Positions 29,461-38,612 of a DNA stretch of 64,000 bases are shown one piece after another; within the stretch, counting starts at the first letter, position 1; each line of letters starts with the position of its first letter. The notes under the pieces were generated by a model. It did not search any database and was not told the DNA's origin. It saw only the letters and a program-made list of their open reading frames with translations. The DNA comes from Thermoproteota archaeon (GTDB lineage: Archaea > Thermoproteota > Thermoprotei_A > Sulfolobales > Ignisphaeraceae), in assembly GCA_030550585.1 (NCBI GenBank), contig JAUQPB010000005.1, positions 36,962-100,961 on the forward strand, written 5' to 3'. The position numbers and the translations under genes were made by a program.

Positions 29461-30951
29461 TTACATGAGGTCTATTTGTATAACTGCTTTGGGGTCTGGC
29501 TCAACAAATTTGAATGAGACTATAGAGTTTCCATAGCTATGCAGATCAATGATGTTCTTCCCATTGTTGAGACTGTGTTGATCCTCGAATGCTTGTTGAC
29601 TTGGCAATCCAATGTCGTATTCGAAGATCTTGAGCTTGTTGGGCTTGGAGGCTCTTATAACCATCTTAGCCTCTCTATAGCCAGCTAGTGGTATTCCACC
29701 AAATGTTTTGTTGTCTACCTGTGTGCCGAGGATCTTTATCCTAATTGGTGGTGGGGGCGAGTTTAGGATGCTTGTTGGTATTGAGAATATTCCTCTGTAG
29801 CCCCCATCTATTGGCTGTGCGTCATACCTGCTGCTATTGGCCATAGTGTTGTATGCAAGCAGAATCTTATCTCCAACGATCTCAATACCCGTTATCCTTG
29901 CCCCAAAGGCTCCAACAATTCTGGCTGTTGGAGGGGTTATGTATACAAGCAGACTTGGGGCTACAATAGTGTTTGTTGCTAGGAACATCATTTTCTCGAA
30001 ATCATTCGTCGGTTTGACCACGTTTTCTGTAAAGGCATTGAACGCAACCAGGATGCCTCCTCCAATTGGCTTGGCCATTGTTCTCCTAGCGTTATAGCCG
30101 GACTTGACAAAGTCAAACATTCTCACAAATTTTACACTCTCTATAGACTCGTCAACGGGGTTCCCAACAAATACCCCTCCTCTAACAAATAAAAAGAATC
30201 TCCCGTATGCCGATGCTGTAACCCCTGTAAGAGGAGACTCGACAGAGTCCCCATCGACAGATCTCTGCGCTAGGTCTCCAAAGTATACTGTTTTAAGTTT
30301 GTTCTCTACAAGATCAATGCATTGGATACCGCTGACCCCTTGCACCCAGTTTTCAAGGATATCAAAACATGCATGATCATATAATATAGAGCCTTTTTGC
30401 GCAGGTCTCGACGATAGTTGCTTATAGCTACCGCCCCTTCTATCGATTTGATAAACACCTAGGTTGATCATGCCATCTCCTCTGGCAAGCAAAAGTCTAT
30501 CGTTTATCTCATCATATATTATCTCCGATACCTCTCCAACCCAGTCAGTCACATGATGTAGGCTCTCCTTCCACAAAAGCCTTACCGAATCCTCTCTAAT
30601 GTCATATACATGAACATGGCTAAACTTGTTTACAAATGATATTGTTGCAAGCGATCCACTCTCCCTGCCCCTATATACGGCAGGTGCATGAACCCACCCA
30701 CCAAAGTATATAAAATCGTCAACAGCTTCAACAGCGTTATAGGTATCGCCACCAGATGTTGGTAGGGGGCCTACAAGCTCAAAGTTATACCTCCTCACAT
30801 AGCCTTCCCTAATATTAATGAAATTTGCTTTAGCCTCAAAAGCCACCGTATAGTAGAGCAAGCCCCTATGATATTTCAAGCCGAATATTCCGCCACTACC
30901 CCATTCGGGTCCGTATCTAGGGCTATAAAGCTCGAGCCAGCTGAAATCCAC
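29461..30951 (-). CDS. Conserved crenarchaeal protein, DUF2139-like
   Basis: PRYGPEWGSGGIFGLKYH and SGGDTYNA motifs recalled from this family. Confidence 0.7.
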   Translation of the reverse strand: MDFSWLELYSPRYGPEWGSGGIFGLKYHRGLLYYTVAFEAKANFINIREGYVRRYNFELVGPLPTSGGDTYNAVEAVDDFIYFGGWVHAPAVYRGRESGSLATISFVNKFSHVHVYDIREDSVRLLWKESLHHVTDWVGEVSEIIYDEINDRLLLARGDGMINLGVYQIDRRGGSYKQLSSRPAQKGSILYDHACFDILENWVQGVSGIQCIDLVENKLKTVYFGDLAQRSVDGDSVESPLTGVTASAYGRFFLFVRGGVFVGNPVDESIESVKFVRMFDFVKSGYNARRTMAKPIGGGILVAFNAFTENVVKPTNDFEKMMFLATNTIVAPSLLVYITPPTARIVGAFGARITGIEIVGDKILLAYNTMANSSRYDAQPIDGGYRGIFSIPTSILNSPPPPIRIKILGTQVDNKTFGGIPLAGYREAKMVIRASKPNKLKIFEYDIGLPSQQAFEDQHSLNNGKNIIDLHSYGNSIVSFKFVEPDPKAVIQIDLM

Positions 30952-31026
30952 ATTACAACACCTGTAAATAGAGGATTAGATTGAAGTGTGCGTTTTTAAA
31001 CATTATCGAGTTTATGTAAGTAGATA

Positions 31027-32238
31027 CTATTGTGGTAGAGGGTTTCTGTATAGCTTATCTATCAAAGAGTAGAACATCATTGACAAAACCAGTGAAAAAG
31101 CCGACAAAAGCACAGAGTATCTTGCTGAACTTGTTAATGCAATTATATAGCCACTTACTACGGATGAAGCTATAGTGGCAACAGATGGTGCTAGATTGTA
31201 TATAGAGCCAAATTTTCCAATGAAATCTGTGGGTATAACATCATTGAGTATAGCCCAAAAAGCTGGAGTTGCAATTCTATATGCAATCAAAGAAAATGTT
31301 ATGGAGATTATCCTGATTATCGGTATGCGAAGGAGAGCTGAAGCCAAAAGCGCTGTAGCTGTTGTGGTTAATCCTATGTAAATTATGCTCACCTTCCCCC
31401 TCAAACCCCCAATCCTGTCAGAGTAAAGTCCTGCCAAAACTTCTGCAACACTTCCCAGAACTGCGATAAGCAACATATGTAAAACAAGATCAGCATAGCC
31501 AAATTTTAGATCATTTAATACATATGTTGAAAGCCAATTAATCATAAATGTCCATGTATACATGGCAAAGAAGAATGCTAGAAACAGTATTGCCAATATT
31601 CTACCATCAACACCCCTGTTTCCAAAACTGCCTTGAGAACCTACAAAGCTTTTCCCGCCAACCCCTCCTTTACCCGTATATCCTCTGACAAAACCACGTA
31701 GAGCTATAAAAACAATTGGTGTATAGATAAAACCTATGGCACCTACAATAACCATAGCATTTCTCCAGTCATGAGCAAAAAACATCAATATGTATGTTAA
31801 TGCAAGACCTATTATCGAACCGATATCATAAAGAGAGGTTGCATATCCATATCCAAGCCTAGCCAGATGCATTGATGTTATTTTTGCACATATGGGCCAG
31901 ACAAACGGTATAGTCAAACTAAACAATAGTCTAACAGTTGAAAGGGTGATTACATCATTAACAAAACCTGTTAGAAGTGTTAACAGCGATTGAAAACCCA
32001 TAACAAACGATATAAACCATGTAACATCAATTCTATCTACACTCCTTCCAACAGTTAATACACTAACTATCGATGCAAGCGTCCATATAGCCATTAAAAC
32101 ACCTGCAAAATCATAGCCAATACGAATATCATTTACAATATCTGGTAGGACTGTTCCAAATAATGCTAGTTGTGCAAATGCTATTGTTGTTATCCCTAAT
32201 AAAAGCAGTGATAGGGTATTCAATACCGATGACACCAA
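31027..32238 (-). CDS. MFS transporter
   Basis: About 12 TM helices, with motif-A-like GRSVDRI and GLYSDRIGG. Confidence 0.85.
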   Translation of the reverse strand: MVSSVLNTLSLLLLGITTIAFAQLALFGTVLPDIVNDIRIGYDFAGVLMAIWTLASIVSVLTVGRSVDRIDVTWFISFVMGFQSLLTLLTGFVNDVITLSTVRLLFSLTIPFVWPICAKITSMHLARLGYGYATSLYDIGSIIGLALTYILMFFAHDWRNAMVIVGAIGFIYTPIVFIALRGFVRGYTGKGGVGGKSFVGSQGSFGNRGVDGRILAILFLAFFFAMYTWTFMINWLSTYVLNDLKFGYADLVLHMLLIAVLGSVAEVLAGLYSDRIGGLRGKVSIIYIGLTTTATALLASALLRIPIIRIISITFSLIAYRIATPAFWAILNDVIPTDFIGKFGSIYNLAPSVATIASSVVSGYIIALTSSARYSVLLSAFSLVLSMMFYSLIDKLYRNPLPQ

Positions 32239-32364
32239 AGCCCAGTTCGAATGCTAAAGAACAGAATATAAGTTTTGCCCACGTAAATAATCATAGTAGA
32301 TGATCATAAGTAGCCGCAATAAAAACTAATGTTATGTATTTAATCAAACCCGAGAGCCTGCTGC

Positions 32365-32862
32365 TCATAGCCACGGTCTCAACTCAACATATAGATATAA
32401 CAGTATAATCATTAATGAAAAGAATATGGCCAGTCCATTCAACAGAACATCGTCATATCTTCTTCTTGTTGCTGAAACCCTCTTTTTTGTAAAAGGCCAA
32501 AACAGATATACTCCATCGGCTGTCATCAAATCGGCTAAAAGATGGGCAAATCCTATAGAGAAAAGCACTGCAAACATGTTCTGAAGCAAATGTATAAACG
32601 TTCCAAAACCTAGAAGATATGCAAAGCAATAAAGCAATAGGATTGCGGCAATGGATATTAATAAGAGCCCAAAGAGCGAGTGCGTATATGGCGTTCTCCT
32701 AAAACCTCTGTGACCTCCAAAGCCATCAATAACCCTATTTATAAACACCGACATTGCTATGACGCTGAGAAAATTTGCCAAAAAGCTGTTTGTAATGGGA
32801 AAGACCTTAGACACCCACAGGCCAATAGCTAGTCCGAGGATGTCATGCGTTTTTCTCTTCAT
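32365..32862 (-). CDS. Membrane-bound metal-dependent hydrolase (YdjM/DUF457-like)
   Basis: KTH, GHRG..R...THS and HLLAD.MT..GV.LFWP. Confidence 0.85.
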   Translation of the reverse strand: MKRKTHDILGLAIGLWVSKVFPITNSFLANFLSVIAMSVFINRVIDGFGGHRGFRRTPYTHSLFGLLLISIAAILLLYCFAYLLGFGTFIHLLQNMFAVLFSIGFAHLLADLMTADGVYLFWPFTKKRVSATRRRYDDVLLNGLAIFFSLMIILLYLYVELRPWL

Positions 32863-33064
32863 AGCATCCCCATAGTTTAAATGCAAAACGTCCATGCCTA
32901 GTTTGCTATAATATCTGTATTCATTTTAAAATCAGATGAAATTATCTAAGCTATTGCTAAATTGCCCTTGACATACATGCATTACACGGATCCTAAAATA
33001 GTATTTACATTGACATAAGGTCTGCGCCCTAAATCTGTTGCCATAATGTCTATTGCCTTGGATT

Positions 33065-33997
33065 TTAATTAGTTTGGGTTGTGGATGAACATATTCCACT
33101 GTTTGTAAGATCTCTATGGGTTTTTATGAATTCTTTTAGTATCATAGATCTGAATTCCCTCGTTTTTACATTTGGCGGCGCTTCTGCTATGAGCAAGACT
33201 ATGTAGTATTGTTTGTCTATTTGCTCTTCGATGTAGAGTCTATAGCTTTTTATAACCATTTGCAATCTCCTGTGAAGCTCGTATAGAACGTTGTCTGGGT
33301 TGCAGACTATTGGGAACTCATATCTCACCTGAATTGTTTTGCTCTCCTCTGACTTCTCTATCACTATGCTGTTTAAAAGCACTGTGTTAGGGATTTTCAC
33401 TATCTGCCCATCTGCATCAAGTATCTTTGTGTACATGAAGCCTATCTCGAGTATCTGCCCCTTTAGGCTTGGAATCATATAGTCTCTACTAAAGAATTTG
33501 TATGCAGGGAATGCCAGAAGCGATATCGGTATATTCCCAGCGATTCTAACGGTTTGCCCAGGCTTTAGATATCCTGACAATAGTATTAGAAGACCTGAGA
33601 AAAAGTTTGACAAAACAGGCTGTAGAGCTAAACCTATTATAAGACCAGAAAATGTGGCACCTGCAAGAACACCCTCGCTACCAATACCCAAGGTGATGAC
33701 TATGGCTAGTAGCAAGATGGTATAACCCAAAACCAAAACAATGTTTCTAACGAAGTAAGCTTCTCTAGAGCCTTTAAACAGTATGTGTACTGCAGAGGCC
33801 AATAGCTGTATTGTTATTGCCCCGCCAATTGCAACAAACAATGCAATGAAAACACTTCTATATGTATTGTAGAACTCGGCAAACTTCTTTGGCAGATAAT
33901 TTATAGAGGCTTCAAGGATCTTTATAGCGATTGCAACTACTATAATAACTATAAACGCAATAATAACTCTGTTTCTGGCGCCCATTGCTTTGTCCAC
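33065..33997 (-). CDS. mscS: Small-conductance mechanosensitive channel (MscS family)
   Basis: GLIIGLALQPVLSNFFSG and IG.MYTKI...DG..VKIPN. Confidence 0.85.
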   Translation of the reverse strand: MDKAMGARNRVIIAFIVIIVVAIAIKILEASINYLPKKFAEFYNTYRSVFIALFVAIGGAITIQLLASAVHILFKGSREAYFVRNIVLVLGYTILLLAIVITLGIGSEGVLAGATFSGLIIGLALQPVLSNFFSGLLILLSGYLKPGQTVRIAGNIPISLLAFPAYKFFSRDYMIPSLKGQILEIGFMYTKILDADGQIVKIPNTVLLNSIVIEKSEESKTIQVRYEFPIVCNPDNVLYELHRRLQMVIKSYRLYIEEQIDKQYYIVLLIAEAPPNVKTREFRSMILKEFIKTHRDLTNSGICSSTTQTN

Positions 33998-34058
33998 ATG
34001 AAGACTTTTGTATCGAATGCCCTATATATTAAAGTTTTAAATGTGTTGGTGTATAAAA

Positions 34059-34757
34059 ATGGCAATGAATTTATGTAAAGAGCTGAACACTGTTTTGAGT
34101 ATTGATAGTGATGCTAAAAACATTGGGATATTCGTTGCCTACACAATTTCATGGCTTGAAAAAGAGGTTTCCTTAGCCTCATACCCATTCGAAGATGAGG
34201 TGAAAAATCTTTTGGAGTTTCTAAAGAGCAGATATTCCCTAGAGGGGCTGAAGACAGATCCTGTTGTGAGAGCCTATAGAGACTTCTTCTGGAGGATAGG
34301 TATAGACCCCACCAAAACGAGACCTGCTAGCGAGGCTCTTGTGAGAAGGGGTTTGAGAGGTTCTTTCCCGAGGATAAACCCTGTTGTTGATGCTGGTAAC
34401 ATTGCATCTGCATATACAATGGTGCCAATAGGCATATATGACTTAGCCTATGCTAAGCCCCCATTCAAAATAACTGTCAGTAGAGGTGGAGAGGTTTTCA
34501 GGCCTATTGGGGGTGGCGAAGAAAAGCTTGGCAAAGGTGTGCCAATACTTGTAGACTCTGGTGGTGTGGTCATGCATATATATCCACATAGAGATAGTGT
34601 TGAAACTATGGTGAGAGAGGGTACAAAAGAGGTTTTGGTTGTCGGGGCAGGAGTTCCAAATGTTGATGAAGCTCTTGTCCGAAAAGCAGTTGAAATGGTT
34701 GCAAAGCTACTTGAAAAAATCGGTTGGGGTTGGTGTGGAGCGGTAGAGCTTAAGTAA
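34059..34757 (+). CDS. Stand-alone B3/4-domain protein (PheRS editing-domain-like)
   Basis: AYRDFFWRIGIDPTKTRPASEALVRR, INPVVD..N..S and PIG.YD. Confidence 0.88.
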   Translation: MAMNLCKELNTVLSIDSDAKNIGIFVAYTISWLEKEVSLASYPFEDEVKNLLEFLKSRYSLEGLKTDPVVRAYRDFFWRIGIDPTKTRPASEALVRRGLRGSFPRINPVVDAGNIASAYTMVPIGIYDLAYAKPPFKITVSRGGEVFRPIGGGEEKLGKGVPILVDSGGVVMHIYPHRDSVETMVREGTKEVLVVGAGVPNVDEALVRKAVEMVAKLLEKIGWGWCGAVELK

Positions 34758-34782
34758 ATTACTAGGTTTTATCCCGGCACTA

Positions 34783-35427
34783 CTATCTCACAATACCCCG
34801 CTCCCTCAGTACACGTTCAATGTCTGCAACAACTTCCTCAGCGTTTCTAGAGGCATCGATTTCTGCTAGAATGCCCTTTCCTCTATAGTACTGTATAACA
34901 GGCTCGAAAGTCTGCTTATAGATTTGATACCTTGTTCTAACAACTTCCGGCTCATCATCTTTTCTTCTAACAAGCTGATGTCCACAAACATCGCATACTC
35001 CAGGAACCTTTGGAGGCCTCCACTTAATGTGGTATATAGCACCGCAATTAGGGCAGACAAGCCTGCCCGAAACCCTCTCTACTATGACCTCTACAGGAGC
35101 CTCGAATAAGAATGCCACATCAATTTTTGTTATCTGATCGAGGGCCTCAGCCTGTTTAATTGTCCTTGGGAACCCATCTAATATAAATCCTCTTCTACAC
35201 TCGGGTCTCTGGAGAACACTTTTAACAACTTCTATAACAACCTCGTCTGGCACCAGCAAACCTTTCTCCACATACTGCTTTATCTTTAAACCAAGTTCGG
35301 TTCCCTTTGCAATTTCTTCTCTAAATATGTCACCTGTTGAAATGTGGGGGATACCATATTTTTGGTTGAGCATTTTTGCATAGGTTCCTTTCCCAATTCC
35401 TGGAGGCCCTATGAAAACCAATCTCAT
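34783..35427 (-). CDS. adk: Adenylate kinase, bacterial-type with Zn lid
   Basis: GPPGIGKGT, HISTGDIFR, GFILDGFPRT..QA, CxxC..CxxC lid and R.DD. Confidence 0.95.
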   Translation of the reverse strand: MRLVFIGPPGIGKGTYAKMLNQKYGIPHISTGDIFREEIAKGTELGLKIKQYVEKGLLVPDEVVIEVVKSVLQRPECRRGFILDGFPRTIKQAEALDQITKIDVAFLFEAPVEVIVERVSGRLVCPNCGAIYHIKWRPPKVPGVCDVCGHQLVRRKDDEPEVVRTRYQIYKQTFEPVIQYYRGKGILAEIDASRNAEEVVADIERVLRERGIVR

Positions 35428-35480
35428 TCTGTTACACCATGGAGTATTTCATTGAGGGGGAAATATATGTTTTGTTATTC

Positions 35481-35512
35481 ATGTATAAACTATACATTAA
35501 TATATTTATAAA
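35481..35512 (+). promoter_or_regulatory. Inverted repeat next to a TATA box between divergent adk and acd
   Basis: ATGTATA-aac-TATACAT (35481-35497) just upstream of TTTATAAA. Confidence 0.45.
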
Positions 35513-35548
35513 CCTCTCTTATTGTATCCAAGTATAGGTAAAAGTACA

Positions 35549-37669
35549 ATGAGGGACGGGTTAGAACTTTTATTTAGACCAAGGTCAATAGCAGTAATAG
35601 GCGCTTCAAGAGAGCCGACAAAGCTTGGATACGCAGTTTTAAAGAATATTGTTGAAAGTGGGTACAAAGGAAAGGTATATCCAGTGAACCCGCATGCCGA
35701 TCAGATAATGGGGCTAAAAGCATATAAATCGGTGCTTGACATTCCTGATGAGGTTGATGAAGCGGTTTTTGTTATACCAGCACCAGCAGTTCCAAGTGTT
35801 CTAGAAGAGTGTGGTAAGAAGGGTGTTAAATATGCTGTGATAATCTCTGCTGGGTTCAAGGAGATTGGTGGAGAAGGTGTTGAGAGGGAGAAGAAAGTTG
35901 TTGAGATAGCCAAGAAATATGGCATAAGAGTGCTGGGTCCGAACATACTAGGTGTAATAGATACCCACACACCATTGAATGCATCATTTGGCTTAACACC
36001 CCCAAAAGGAGGTATAGCATTTGTCTCCCAGAGCGGAGCTTATCTAGCTGCAATAATGGACTGGGCTGTTAAAACTGGGATAGGATTCTCAAAGATTGTC
36101 AGTCTTGGTAACAAAGCTGATCTCAATGAAATTGACTTTATAGAGTATCTAGCAGAAGATCCAGCGACAAAGGTTATTCTACTCTATCTCGAGTCTATAG
36201 CAAATCCAAAGAAATTCATAGAAGTGGCATCTGAAGTTGTGAAGAAAAAGCCTATACTACTCATCAAGGGTGGGATGACTGAGGCAGGGGCAAGAGCAGC
36301 ACTAAGCCACACAGGGTCTATGGCCGGTGGGCCACTAGCTGTGCAAACAGCTATGAAGAAAGCTGGTATAGTGCTGGTATCAGAGCCTACAGAGTTCTTT
36401 GACTCGGCACTAGCATTCTCATTAATGGAGAGTTTGCCAGGCGATAGAATAGCTATTGTAACCAACGCTGGTGGACCAGGTGTTATGACAGCTGATCTAG
36501 TTGCTTTGTCAGGCCTCAAACTAGCTCAGCTATCGCCGCAAACAGTAGAGTATCTGAGATCCAAGCTACCGCCAATGGCAGCACTAAACAATCCAATTGA
36601 TGTTATAGGCGATGCTAAGTCGGATAGATATGAGGTTGCCTTAGACGCTGTTCTAAAGGATCCGAATGTAGATGCTGCGATAGTCATACTCACACCACAA
36701 GTTGTTACAGAGCCTGAGAAAACAGCTGAGGTCATAATAAACATGCGTAAGAGGTATCCGCAGAAACCAATTCTAGCGGCGTTCATAGGAGGGCCTAGAG
36801 TTGAGAAAGCTATTGAAATGCTCAAAGCTGCTGGGATACCTGTGTACGAATCTAATGATAGGGCTGTAGCAGCTTTAGCTATAATGAACAGATATAGAGT
36901 TGTGAGAGAGAGATTGATGGAGATAGCGAAGTATGTAAACGAAGTGGCCAATTTGCCAGATATAGATGAGAAGTCCGCACGGGCTTTAATAGAGAGGGTT
37001 AGAAGCGAGGGAAGGAAGGTTCTGCTGGAGGTAGAGGCCAAGGAGCTGGTGAGGTACTATGGCATACCCGTTGCAACGACAAGGCTTGCTAGATCAGAGG
37101 ATGAAGCTGTTGCCATTGCGAATGAGCTTGGATATCCAGTTGTGTTGAAGATAGCCTCGCCAGATATTATACACAAATCTGATGTTGGTGGGGTGAAGAT
37201 CAACCTAAACTCGGAAAGCGATGTTAGAGAAGCGTATAGGGCTATAATGGCAAATGTGAAGAGGAATGCTCCACAAGCACGAATATATGGAGTGGTTGTG
37301 CAGGCTATGGCCCCAGCAGGAAGAGAGGTCATAGTCGGTACGGTAAAAGATCCTCAGTTTGGACACATGATAATGTTTGGTCTTGGAGGGATATACACAG
37401 AGGTCTTCAGAGATGTTTCATTTAGCTTAGCACCTATAACAAGCTATGAAGCAAGGGAGATGATTATGGAGACAAAGTCGTATCGCCTATTAAAGGGCTT
37501 TAGAGGGGAGAAGCCAGCAGATATAGAGGCTATTGTCAATGTATTGGTTAGAGTGGGTAGACTTGTTATGGACATACCAGAAATAGCTGAAATGGATCTG
37601 AATCCAGTATTCGTATACGAAGAAGGTAAAGGATGTAAAGTAGTTGACGCTAGAATTGTCCTAGAATAA
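35549..37669 (+). CDS. ADP-forming acetate/acyl-CoA ligase, fused alpha-beta
   Basis: PRSIAVIGAS, GPN..G, SQSGA, SHTGS (phospho-His), TNAGGPG, HKSDVGGV and DLNPV. Confidence 0.93.
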   Translation: MRDGLELLFRPRSIAVIGASREPTKLGYAVLKNIVESGYKGKVYPVNPHADQIMGLKAYKSVLDIPDEVDEAVFVIPAPAVPSVLEECGKKGVKYAVIISAGFKEIGGEGVEREKKVVEIAKKYGIRVLGPNILGVIDTHTPLNASFGLTPPKGGIAFVSQSGAYLAAIMDWAVKTGIGFSKIVSLGNKADLNEIDFIEYLAEDPATKVILLYLESIANPKKFIEVASEVVKKKPILLIKGGMTEAGARAALSHTGSMAGGPLAVQTAMKKAGIVLVSEPTEFFDSALAFSLMESLPGDRIAIVTNAGGPGVMTADLVALSGLKLAQLSPQTVEYLRSKLPPMAALNNPIDVIGDAKSDRYEVALDAVLKDPNVDAAIVILTPQVVTEPEKTAEVIINMRKRYPQKPILAAFIGGPRVEKAIEMLKAAGIPVYESNDRAVAALAIMNRYRVVRERLMEIAKYVNEVANLPDIDEKSARALIERVRSEGRKVLLEVEAKELVRYYGIPVATTRLARSEDEAVAIANELGYPVVLKIASPDIIHKSDVGGVKINLNSESDVREAYRAIMANVKRNAPQARIYGVVVQAMAPAGREVIVGTVKDPQFGHMIMFGLGGIYTEVFRDVSFSLAPITSYEAREMIMETKSYRLLKGFRGEKPADIEAIVNVLVRVGRLVMDIPEIAEMDLNPVFVYEEGKGCKVVDARIVLE

Positions 37670-37713
37670 AGGCAAAAAACTTTTCTATTTTCCTCATTGC
37701 TAATATGAGTTGT

Positions 37714-38475
37714 TCATTTCCTGAGTTTGCTCAACAGTTTTAATAGCTCTTTGTCTCCCTCATAGTCTCCTGCACAAGTTGCTATAATCCCATCAACAAT
37801 ATTCTCGAGCTTCTCTGCATAGGCTAAGGCATTTTCCATCGCTGTTGTTGGACTCCACCCAATCCTCGCAAGTGTCTCTGCGTTTCTGGGCGTCTTCACT
37901 AAGAAGTATGTATAGAGCGGTACACCCAGCCTTTTTAGCTCAGCTGAGACCTTTTCTAAAACCGGAAATGTTTCATCTGTTAACCTCATAAAGAATGCGA
38001 AATCCCATCCACTCTTAACCCTGCTAACCATATCCTCAACACCAAACTCTTTCACTCCATACCTATCCCTCACAGGTCTAGGAGACAGCAGACAGCCAAG
38101 CTTGACACGCTTCAACTTTATTTCCCTCCTCAGAAAATCTCTTGCCTCCTCCGACCTCCTCCAATATCTCCCTGCTAGCGGTTCACCAAACTTAGGCTCG
38201 TCACCAAAGGTGATAACAAGCCCGTCAAGTCCAACAGCATCCGCAGCCAAAGCTAGGGCGGCAACCTCCACAGGCCCTTTATAATTCAGTACAAAGATAG
38301 GTACAACAATTTTATCTGGGTATTTAGTCTTTAACACACAGCCAACAGCTGTTCCACTGGGAGCTGGCACACCAGCCGCACTATCCGTTATATTCCAGCC
38401 ATCAACAAGATCCTTAGTCTCTTCAGCCATCTGCAAAAACTTTCTTGTTGGGACAAACTCATGCAAAATCTTCAT
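37714..38475 (-). CDS. Methylenetetrahydrofolate-reductase-like (MetF-fold) protein
   Basis: E..P near the N-terminus, NITDS..G and V..GD.P spacing of the MTHFR TIM barrel; divergent. Confidence 0.55.
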   Translation of the reverse strand: MKILHEFVPTRKFLQMAEETKDLVDGWNITDSAAGVPAPSGTAVGCVLKTKYPDKIVVPIFVLNYKGPVEVAALALAADAVGLDGLVITFGDEPKFGEPLAGRYWRRSEEARDFLRREIKLKRVKLGCLLSPRPVRDRYGVKEFGVEDMVSRVKSGWDFAFFMRLTDETFPVLEKVSAELKRLGVPLYTYFLVKTPRNAETLARIGWSPTTAMENALAYAEKLENIVDGIIATCAGDYEGDKELLKLLSKLRK

Positions 38476-38612
38476 AATCCCATCACGCAGATCTTGGTGT
38501 ATATGCTCTAACCCTACTAAAATTTCTTTGATCACTTACCAGTATTGTTTATACACAAATTCATTTGCATCTTTTCTCTTGGATAATGTAAGAGTATGGT
38601 TGTAGGTAGCCC

